Source: Scyliorhinus canicula
Taxonomy: Eukaryota
Direction of reading: 5' to 3'
DNA length: 64,000 bases
NCBI RefSeq assembly: GCF_902713615.1
Contig: NC_052154.1
Coordinates: 34,090,322 to 34,154,321 of the forward strand
The notes below the pieces were generated by a model, which saw only the letters and a program-made list of their open reading frames with translations, did no database searches and had not been told where the DNA came from. The translations under genes were made by a program, and so were the position numbers. Positions within the stretch are counted from its first letter, which is position 1, and each line of letters starts with the position of its first letter. Positions 25,770-36,450 of the stretch are shown one piece after another.

Positions 25770-25990
25770 CAACATGGGTGGTTATCACTGTTGCTTCACA
25801 ATGCCAGGATCCCAGGTTCGATTCCTGCTTGGGTCACTGTCTGTGCGGAGTCTGCGCGTTCTCCCCGTGCCTGTGTGGGTTTCCTCCGGGTGCTCCGGTT
25901 TCCTCCCACAGTCCAAAGATGTGCAGGGCCGGTGCAGACTCAATGGGCTGAATGGCTTCCTTCTGCACTGTAAATTCTATGAAATCTATG
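25770..25990 (+). mobile_element. HE1 V-SINE with internal deletion
   Basis: Head and V-domain joined to the tail GGTGCAGACTCAATGGGCTGAATGG...TTCTATG. Confidence 0.8.
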
Positions 25991-28175
25991 AAAGTTCATT
26001 TCAACAACAACCTAGAACCACGCGTTCGCTGCTCCTGCTGCTGTCAATGGGAATTCTCATTGAATCCACCCCACGTTGCCAGGAAACCCACAGGCAGTCG
26101 TGTGCTGCTAGGGGGACCAGAGAATCCTGCCGCTAGCGAATGGCTGGAGAATTCCGGCCTTAGTATCAAAGAGCCACTGAAGAATGAACACTGCATCCTG
26201 TCCCGATCAATGACTGGCACCCGGCCTGTGATTTGGAGAACCTCTATCCTCACCATCCATCCCTGGCAACAGGGATACTGGTAGCTGTTGCAATTGATGT
26301 TAGCAATAGGCTCTGTGAGCCCTGTCCTGTTTCTCCCAGTGGGGTCTACTGAGGGTCTCCTCACTGGGTGGGCCTTGTCTTATCCTGCCAGCAGGGTGGC
26401 AACTGGTTTTGGAGATGGTGGAGATGGTCAAATTGTGTGGCCAGTTGTCTCCATGCTAAGATTCTGGTGTGCAGGCAGGTCCTACAGATGGGGTGAGCGA
26501 GGAATGTGTGAGTTTGCTGCAGTGTTACGTGGAGCCTGGGTTTTAACACACTGGTTGTCACAGGGTCATGTTTCCTGGCACCGGGGACAGGATGGATGTG
26601 ATCATGGGCACGGTGGACAGGCAGGGCTTGGGAGACATCTTGTGATACTCAGGGATTGGCTAGCTGGTAGTGTCACTGATGAGGCTTTTACATAGAGCGG
26701 GGCAGTGTGCCAGAGTGGGTTCCCATGACAATGGTACATGTGTCCTTTGGGGTGCGCTGTGCTAATCCCCTGCTTCCTCTGCTGTAGGGGCTGCGCTTCT
26801 AAGGAGTGCACTGAGCAGTGCCAAGGCCTGGTGTGGCGGCGATTGAGCATGGTCATGCCCATCGCCTTGATGATACTGCTGGGGTGTGGGGTTTCCAGAG
26901 GGGCAGGGTGGGTGAGCATTCACAATACCAGAAGCCCTCTGAGTATGTACAAGATACTGTCACCAGTTGACAGTCTCAACAGCAAGGAGTCTGTACGTTG
27001 CAGCTAGGGGGTGGGCTTCAATGAATTTATGCAGCAAAGGGGGACTCAGGCAGATTACATTGATTACAAGGGGCCACCCCGGGTCCACGCACTTGCCAGG
27101 TGAGAAATGTATCAGCCATGATTGAATGGCAGAGCAGACTCGATGGGTCGAGTGGCCTAATTCTGCCCCATCTATTGTGATTGAAAGGGGTAGATATTCT
27201 CTTGTTGCTACTTGTAGTCAAACTGGAAAGGTGTTTTTTCATAATTGTGTTTACAATGTTATCATCACAAGCAGAGGAAGTCATACCCCCTGACTGAGTC
27301 TTCCTGTGTGTACTCACACTAAACTCTTAGCACATCACATGATAGCATAAAGTCAGAAAATAAAAATATACCAAGAACCTGTATTTATGTAGCTGCTTTA
27401 GCACAGTGAACCATGTCTTCAGTAATGTGTTACAGAGCAACATTTGATACTGACCCACAGCAAGTCCATGCAGTGTGGAGCATGGTCCAAAATTACCAAA
27501 TACAAATACCACACCCTCCTCACCCAGGGGAGAAGAGACACAGGCACCAGAAAAATGTCAATCCGTGAGTAAATTTGATGAACCTGAGAAAAAAAAGAAA
27601 AATCCTTATCCTTGGGGTGCAAAATATGCCACTGATCTGTTCTCTTCCCCCCCCCCACAATCAGTTCCTAAAAGCCAACAACACCTTTACCATCCCTGGT
27701 GGAACCAGCTACCTGGGCTAGATTGATCCATGTTAGGAGTGGAGACCAACAAACCCCGTATCATCCCAATTTGGTGCATAGATATTGACCAGGTCCACCA
27801 AAGTGCCCGTCAAGACCCACTGACCATTACATATCTACCACGAGGATCTGCCACGATCTTGATGGCTGAAAATGGAACCCATTTATGAATCAAAATCACC
27901 ACCCCTCCCCAAAGCCCAACCGTCACAGCCCAATTTAAATGCCTGCCTCACCCACCCCTTCTGCAACCTGATCTGGTCCCTTACTCCCAAATGAGTCTCC
28001 AGCAGAAATACCACATTAGCATTCAAACTTTTCCGGTGAGTGGATACCCTCAATCTTTCACTGAGACTCCCACCCCCCCTGACAATCAGGTAAGCATCCA
28101 AATTGGGGGCCTGCCCCCACCGACCAAGTCAGCCATTTCCACCAAAAGAAGTTAGCCAGCAACTCCCTGGAGAGT

Positions 28176-31100
28176 TGTGGTCGTCACCACTGTTGTATTA
28201 TACTGTATATATACATTGGTATTACGGTAAGGCCCCTGCACTACAGGTACGGGGGTAGATCCCTGCCTGCTGGCTCCGCCCAGTAGGTGGAGTATGAATG
28301 TGTGTGCTCGCCAGACAGCAGCCATTTTGTCAGCCGCTGTAGGAGGCCACACATCTCTGTGTAACAAAGCCTCCATTACATTCTACTCTCGTCTCGTCGT
28401 AATTGATAGTGCATCAATTTATTACACAGAAAAGTTTCAGAGATGGACCTCCGCATCAAGCCGGATCGCCTGCAGCTGCATCCTCAAGCAGACAACGCCA
28501 AAAAGAACTTCGAACATTGGCTAGCTTGCTTTGAAGCATACATCGGGTCTGCGCCAGACCCAATCTCAGAAGCTCCAGATACTGTTCACGCGGCTGAGCT
28601 CCAACATTTTTCCCCCTCGTCTAGGACGCTACTGAAGGAGAATTACGCTCAGCGGACCAATAAGATCTATGCCAGGCACCTCCTGTCCACGCGGCACCAA
28701 CTTCCCGGTGAATCTGTGGAAGATTTCTGGCGTGCCCTGCTCGCCCTGGTGAGATACTGTGACTTCCAGGCCCTTTTTGGCCACTGAACATTTGAACCTG
28801 CTAATGAGAGACGTGTTTGTTATGGGCATAGGGTCTGACTACATCTGCCAGCGCCTCTCAGAAGGGGCCCCTGTGCATCGTGGACCCCGCCAGCGGCCAC
28901 CCCATCGTGGACATCATCAGCGACCGCCCTCAGCCAACCCCACGCCTCTGCCGCGCGGCAGCCAACCAACCCTGGGGGACCCAAATGCTGCTTCTGCAGA
29001 CAGACAAAACACCCCCAGCAGTGCTTCCCGGTACAGAGCGCGCTCTGCAAAACCTGTGGCAAGAAGGGACATTTAGCTGCAGTGTGCCAGGCCTGCTCAA
29101 TCGCCGCTATTGTCCCTGCACCCCCCACGTGCAGCCAGTGGGCGCCGCCATCTTCCTCTCCTCAGACCATGTGCGGCCCGTGGGCGCCGCTATCTTGCTC
29201 CACTCACAACACGTGTGGCCCGTGGGTGCCGCCATCTTGCTTGCCTCAGAACCAACGGATGCCGCCATCTTGCCTGCCCCAGGACACGTGTGGCCCGTGG
29301 GTGCTGCCATCCTACCCGCCTCAGGACCCCTGCCCGTCAGGCACTTCATCAGGCCGCTCATCACCTGCAACCACCGATGACCAGCCGCGTCTCGCCTCGG
29401 TCACAATCAACCAGTCCCGACCGCACAACCTCGTGACCGCTTCGACAAAGGTTATAGTCTACGGGCATGATATATACTGCCTTCTGGACTCCAGGAGCAC
29501 TGAGAGCTTCATGGGCAGCACAGTAGCATGGTGGTTAGCATAAATGCTTCACAGCTGTAGGGTCCCAGGTTCGATTCCCGGCTGGGACACTGTCTGTGTG
29601 GAGTCTGCACGTCCTCCCCGTGTGTGTGTGGGTTTCCTCCAGGTGCTCCGGTTTCCTCCCACAGTTCAAAGATGTGCGGGTTAGGTGGATTGGCCATGCT
29701 AAATTGCCTGTAGTGTCCTAAAAAGTAAGGTTAAGGGGGGGGGGGTTGTTGGGTTACGGGTATAGGGTGGATACGTGGGTTTGAGTAGGGTGATCATGGC
29801 TCGGCACAACATCGAGGGCCGAAGGGCCTGTTCTGTGCTGTACTGTTCTATGTTCTATGTTCTATGTTCATCCACCATAGTAAGGTGCTGCTCTCTCGCG
29901 GTACACCCCGCTAACCAAAGATCTAGGGGTACTGCATCGCCACCCTCACTGTCCAGGCGTAGAGTTCAGCGGCTTCCGGCTCTACGTCCTCCCCAACCTC
30001 TGCGCTGCCTTGCTACTCGACCTGGACTCCCAGTGCAACCTCCAGAGCCTAACCCTAAAATTTGGTGGGCCCCTACCACCCCTTACTGTTTGCAGTCTTG
30101 CGACCCTTAAAGTCGACCCGCCTTCCCTTTTTGCAAACCTCACCCCGGATTGCAAACCCGTCGCCACCTAGAGAAGATGGTACAGCGCCCAGGACAGGAC
30201 CTTCATCAGGTCTGAGGTCCAGCAGCTGCTGTGGGAAGGTATCATCGAGGCCAGCAACAGCCCCTGGAGAGCCCAAGTGTTAGTCGTGAAAGCCGGGGAG
30301 AAAAACAGGATGGTCGTTGACTACAGTCAGACCATCAATCGGTACACACAGCTCGACGTGTACCCCCTCCCACGCATATCTGATACGGTCATTCTGATTA
30401 CACAGTACCGGGTCTTCTCGACAGTGGACCTGAAATCTGCCGACCACCAGCTCCCCATCCGTAAGGCGGACCGCCCATACACATTGTTTGAAGCAGACGG
30501 CTGCCTTTACCATTTCCTTAGGGTTCCCTTCGGCGTCACTAACGGGGTCTCGGTCTTCTAACGGGAGATGGACCGAATGGTTGACCGGTACGGGCTGCGG
30601 GCCACTTTCCCGTACCTGGACAACGTCACCATCTGCGGCCATGACCAGCAGGACCACGACGCTAACCTTTCCAAATTTCTCCACACCGCCACACTCCTCA
30701 ACCTAACTTACAACAAGGAGAAGTGTGTGTTCAGCATGAACCGATTAGCCATCCTTGGCTATGTGGTTCAGAACGGAGTTCTAGGGCCCGACCCCGACAG
30801 CATGCCCCCCTCATGGAACTCCCCCTCCCCCACTGCCCGAAGGCCCTCAAACGATGCCTGGGGTTCTTTTCATATTGCGCCCAGTGGGTCCCAAACTGTG
30901 CGGACAAGGCCACCCACTCATTCAATCCACCGCTTTCCCACTGACGGCCGAGGCTCACCAGGCCTTCAACCGTATCCAGGCCGACATCGCCAAGGCCGCG
31001 ATGCACGCGGTCAATGAAACACTCCCCTTCCAAGTCGAGAGTGATGCATCAGCTGTCGCTCTGGCCGCCACCCTCAACCAGGCAGGCAGGCCCGTAAACA

Positions 31101-31768
31101 CGTGCGGCTCCACAAGGCGGACCCGTTGGTTGAGAGGGTACAGCTACTCCACGCAAACCCATAGTACGCCTACGTAACGTACCCCGACGGCCGCCAAGAC
31201 ACAGTCTCCCTCAAGGACCTGGCACCAGCTGGCTCCCCACATCCCCCCCCCCCTGCCCCGGCACCACCCTCCCTTCACCTGGCGCACCCCACCGCAGCCC
31301 CCACTCCAGGACAATCCGCCCTCCCCTTGCTCCCACCCGGGGATGAAGAGGATTTCGACACGCTTCCAGAGTCACCAAAGACCAAGCCGATGCCCGAGTC
31401 GCCACCAGCACTGCGACGCCCCAACGACAGATCAAGGTGCTGGATCGTCTAAATTTGTAACCGTCTCTGTAATTTTAAAACCAATCTGTATGTTTATAGT
31501 TTTCCACCATCCCCGCTGGACTCATTTTTAACAGGGGGTGAATGTGATAGTCACCAATGTTGTATTATATTGTATACTGTAAGGCCCCTGTACTACAGGT
31601 ACGGGGTTAGATCCCTGCCTGCTGGCACCGCCCTGTAGGCGGAGTGTAAATGTGTGTGCTCTCCGTACAGCAGCCATTTAATCAGCTGCTGTAGGAGGCC
31701 ACACATCTCTGCGTAATAAAGCCTCGATTACAGTCTACTCTCGTCTCGTCGTAATTGATAGTGCATCA
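28176..31768 (+). mobile_element. Gypsy LTR retrotransposon (gag-PR-RT-partial RNase H; most of integrase deleted)
   Basis: LTRs 28176-28416 and 31543-31768 (TG...CA); 5-bp TSD AGAGT; gag with Cys/His knuckle remnants; protease LLDSRSTESF; RT RMVVDYSQTIN, PFGVTNG, YLDN; RNase H VESDAS joined to the IN C-terminus near 31094. Confidence 0.95.
29513..29866 (+). mobile_element. HE1 V-SINE inserted in the Gypsy protease region
   Basis: TSD TTCAT (29508-29512 and 29867-29871); tail CAACATCGAGGGCCGAAGGGCC...(GTTCTAT)n matches the CR1 3' end at the window end. Confidence 0.92.
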
Positions 31769-34439
31769 AGAGTACAGGCACAAGGTCCACCTAATATGGC
31801 TACCAAACCCACCAGCAAGACAAAGAAAGAAAAATGTGTAATCACCAGCAGCAAACTAACCCTACCCCCCAACCTCCCCACTAAGCCCCCACCCTCAAAC
31901 AATACCACACCCAAAGGTACCAATAACAGCAAACCCCCTCTCTACTAACCCAAACCTAAACAAAACGAAAACACTTTATGATTCAAAAACACTCATTACT
32001 CCAAACCAAACCAATATAATGAGCTGCAGCTACCCCACCACTTTGTTCCCTTTAGCTAGCAAACTCTTCGGCTAACATGGCGGACCCAATCCAGGGTGAA
32101 AAAAAACACTACTGCCCAGACCAAAGACGCAAAGTAGAACAAAACCCTTTCAAATATAATATTCCAACTGGGAGATTTATATTCCCCGTAACAACTACAG
32201 TGCAAAGAACATCATCACCGCTCGTAACATTAAGCCCACACCAACATCCAGCAAATGAAACGGTCATCCCACTCCAGAACAAAGAAATACAAACATGTGC
32301 AATAACCCGAACAACTCTCCACACCCACTTGCCCACCCCCAACAACAACAAATCTCACAAAAACACAATCCACTCGAACCGAGCCCATATTTTTTCACAA
32401 AGGCATCCGAATTCTCTGACGCATCAGAATAATAGTCCTTCATGTCAAAAGTCACTTGGAGCTGCGCGGGGTACACCAACGCAAACCGAACTCCACTCTT
32501 GTACACGGTGGCTTTGGCCTTGTTAAACGCCGCTCGCTTCTTTGCCAGTTCCGCACCAACGTCCCAGTAAAGCTTGATGGCGTGGCCTTCCCACTTATAT
32601 CCCTGATACTACTTAGTCCAGGAACAGTTCCGTCTCCTGGAAGCTATGGAACTGTACAATAAAAGCCCGTGGTGGTTCGTGGGGCCGGGGCTTCTGTTGG
32701 AGTGTCCGATGGGTTCAAGCCAGCTCTAGAGAGGATGTGAATCCACCCTCTCCCACGATCTTCCCAAACATCCCAGAAATGTGTTCTGTGGGAGTTGGGC
32801 CTTCCATAGCTTCCAGCAACCTCACCATTCTGAATTCAGCCTCCTAGAGCAGTTCTCTAGATCATCCACCTTGGCTCTCAGTGCTTTACTTACACCGGTC
32901 ATCAGGGTGACCTCGCAAAAAGACTTGCGAGATTTAACGGAGTCTCGTGAGATGTTGTGATCTGGATCTTGCTGTCGCTGGGCGAGATCTATGTAGGCAT
33001 ATTTAAATTAGCAACTAGCCACATTTAAATATACATTTGCTGGATTCACCCGGGGTTCGAGATTCACTGGCCACGCCAAGGAGACCTGACCAGGGCGCCG
33101 TTTAGTACTGGTCCACACAAACATGCACCAATCATAACAGCACCTGGGGAGCGGGGGATTTCGTAGGCCATTGGAGGCTGCCGGGTATTCAGGAAAAGGG
33201 CAGGATGGTACCCTGGCATTCCCACAGGCACTTGGGCACCTTAGCACTGCCAGCCTGGAACCCTGGCACTGCCACCTGGGTGCCCAGATGGGAATGCTAG
33301 GCTGGCAGGGGCACTTCCACAGTCCCAGGCTGGCAGTGCAGTGGGTCGGGCCCAGGGGCCCTTGCCCATAAGATAAGGGGGGATAACCCCGGAGGAGCTA
33401 AGTTGGTTGAGGTGGGGTGGTGGGGGAAGACATGTCTGAAGGCTGTGGTAGGGTCGCAGAGTGGGGGCCGAAAGATCCATCCCGATCTCCGGAGTAGCCT
33501 TCCTGCAGTGGCGAGCTGAGTCGTCAGAAATTACGTAATGGCGGTCTCGAGGGGCGTTCGTCGCCAAGGCCAAAAAAAACTAATTTTGCAGAAATGTTGT
33601 GCATTCGACAGAGGGACTTATAAATTGATTTTATATTTGTAGCAAGTGAACCTGTACTTTATGAACTGTTTGAAAATTGGATTAAATGAGAGTTCCACCT
33701 TTTACTGACACTGGTCATCTCAGAAGTGTAAATTTTAAAGCTGTGCTTCCAACAATTTAATTTGCACCTTAAACATTACATGAGAGAGAAGTTCCCAAAC
33801 CCCTCCTTCTCATTGTTCTATGACTAGGAATGTTCCCCCACCCACCTCACCTTGACTTTACCTGTAAATTGCAGGTTGCTCAAGTTCCATTCTGTGATTT
33901 CTGGGAACCCCCTTGTGGTACAATGAAAGGTTTTGTGTGATGTAAGCCCTTTCATTCAAAATTTCCACCCACATTGCACATAGTGCTCATTTTTGACAAA
34001 TGAATACAATTTCTGTCAATATTGTCGTTTGAAAATCTAGACCACAAAAGTATCAGAACCAAATGTTTTTCCCTCTGCATCTATACGTGGATTCCAGTCA
34101 ATGTTTCATCAACAGCATAATTTACAGTTCCACAGTGATTTCAAAAGGTTTTTTATAAATCGAAATCCAGGAAATAGTGAATTTCTCTAAATTACTGAAG
34201 TGTTCTGTGGAACACTTTTCTTCATATTCTGTTTTCTTGATAACATGATGTTATTGTTTAGATTCCCTTAAAATGTTGATCTTTCAATAATGGCTCTGAT
34301 TAGCTACCTTTACCTTCTATAGATCTATTATAGACTTTGCTGGATCCCTGATGTCTGTCACAACTTTGCATAAGATGGACATGTTAGTAGAAGCTGTTGT
34401 GTGTGGCCAAGATAGATAGGCAAGCCAAGGTCATGTAGC

Positions 34440-34535
34440 TTTGACAAAGGGTCATCTGAACTCGAAACGTTAGCTCTTTTCTCTCCCTACAGATGCTGCC
34501 AGACCTGCTGAGATTTTCCAGCATTGTCTCTCTTT
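34440..34535 (+). mobile_element. Short Penelope-derived repeat
   Basis: TGACAAAGGGTCATCTGAACTCGAAACGTT...GATGCTGCCAGACCTGCTGAG. Confidence 0.5.
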
Positions 34536-34949
34536 GGGTCCAAGGTCATGTAGGTAGCATAACTGATACGCTTGCACCAAGCATTTCAGACTCCAGTAGC
34601 GTCCTTTAACAGGTGAGATCAGTCCAGAGTTAGTAATTATATTCATATTGCTCCTCATTTTACACTGAAAAATTACATCCTTGCAGAAACTTTCTTTTCC
34701 CTCCATGGCCATGAGTTTGTTTCATGCTCACTGTACATCGAGTAGCTCTTTAGCCAATTGAATGACAGAAAGTGATGAGCTAATGCTTTCAGATATTCAC
34801 TGCCATGGAACGTCCTCCAGTCTAACCATCCATCACCACTCTGGCTGGACCCACACAAAGAACTATCTACTGCTTTCATCAACTAAAACTGCTCATTATA
34901 CCAGGATCATCCCGGAGAGCATTGGTGATCCCAGCTTTTTGTGGTAACT

Positions 34950-36450
34950 AAAAAAAGGAGCCAGTCGAGTAACAAACAGAACTTACTTCTTAACACAGCA
35001 GTATGTACACAAGGAACCTGGTTGAAAGTCACTGGTCCTTTGTCTCTGTTGGCCGCTGACCATATATATAATGTATATCCGTCCCATAGTTAGCGGGGGA
35101 GTTCATAATCCTGGAGCCATACAGGGAATATTAGCAAGCTTTCCCAGTGTGTACTGTGGATTATTACACCCCTCCTCCTTCACCCGTCCCCTCCAACACC
35201 CAAGTCAGAAGACCCCCTCAGGGACGGATGAGGATAACGAAGAATACGGGAAGACGAAGAAATTTGAAGAACTGACGACAAAGGAGGAACAGAAGAATCT
35301 AGCGCTGCCCCAACAGGCGGAGGGTGAAGGAGGTGCTTCGGTCGGGGCACATTGACTCCCGCCAGAGAAATCGGAGTAGCCGACATATACCGAGCCCGAG
35401 AACAGCGTTTGCGCTCGGATCTCAGCAGTGGAGAACCACCAGGCGGTAGCTGGGCCACGCGTCGGAGTCAGAGATCTCAAAGGCCTGGGTCTCCATATTG
35501 GGATCTGACCACTACACAGCCGGACATCTCCGTATCCCTAGGAGAAGAAAATGGGACCGGGTGCGTACGCCGCAACAGCAGTGGAACCTGCCAAGCTGGG
35601 GTCGATCTGCCGAGGCAACACCTGAAGAGCCAGCCGGAGGATAGACAACGAACGATAAAGAGCGGACGGAAAAGCAGACGGCCAAAATGTAACGGCTGAC
35701 AGAGAAAGGACCCATGACTTTCAACCGTGACTTTCAAAGGTGATCGAGATGACACTTCATGAGTCGTTATTGCACACAGATTTCGTACGAAACGGGACCG
35801 ATCTGATGAACACCGATCCCTGGAAGCCAACGAGGACCCTCATCAAAGTTGCGGCCACTCATCTCTTGGTCAGGTGCGAAATAGCGTAGGGGTTGACGCC
35901 CATCAGAGCAATGCCCTTGTTTATTTTGCGAGCAGCGTACTTTTGCGCTGATATCGGGAAGCATCAAACCCAACCGAGTCCAAAGACGGCAACCCATAAA
36001 CAGTTTGGCTGGAGCAACCCCCCGTAATAGCATGAGGAGTGGTGCCTATGAGAAGAGAAAATGAGCCAGCCTGGTATCCACTGAACCAGCAGTCTGCTTT
36101 TTCAAATCCTGCTTCACCTGGTTTAGCTGGTGAACCTGGGGCTGGTTTAGCACAGAGCTAAAGAGCTGCCTTTTAAAGCAGACCAAGGCAGGCAGCAGCA
36201 TGGTTCAATTCCCGTACCAGCCTCCCCAAACAGGCGCCGGAATGTGGCGACGGGGGGCTTTTCACAGTAACTTCATTTGAAGCCTACTTGTGACAATAAG
36301 CGCTTTTCATTTCATTTCACCATCTGCACGGTGCGTTCCGCCAGGCCATTCGAAGCTGGATGATAGGGTGACATGATGAATGTCATTCATCTGGGCGAAA
36401 GCGGCCCCAATGTCTGTTACCAGGACCTCTGGCAACCCATGTGTGTGAGC
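34950..36450 (-). mobile_element. Gypsy remnant: integrase core and C-terminus, PPT and 3' LTR
   Basis: HGLPEVLVTD; GVAPAKLFMGCRLWTRL...GPRWLPG...GPVSY; PPT AAGGAGGAGGGG then TGTAATAA at 35168. Confidence 0.8.
36138..36318 (+). mobile_element. tRNA-SINE ('tail Z' family) inside the Gypsy integrase remnant
   Basis: GGGGCTGGTTTAGCACAG...GTGACAATAAGCGCTTTTCATTTCATTTCA. Confidence 0.88.

Larger units (their letters stand above)
27290..32900 (-). mobile_element. Second L1-clade LINE remnant (ORF1 and APE), split by the Gypsy insertion
   Basis: APE: VVFLLETHLGVRDQIRLQKGW and FSFFSQVHQIYSRIDIFL; ORF1 C-terminus YKSGVRFALVYPAQLQVTF. Confidence 0.75.

Noticed and set aside
33845-33960. Possible alternative upstream SULT exon (minus strand, donor-like GTAAAG/GTGAGG)
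   Set aside because: The translation has no recognisable similarity, and the signals could occur by chance
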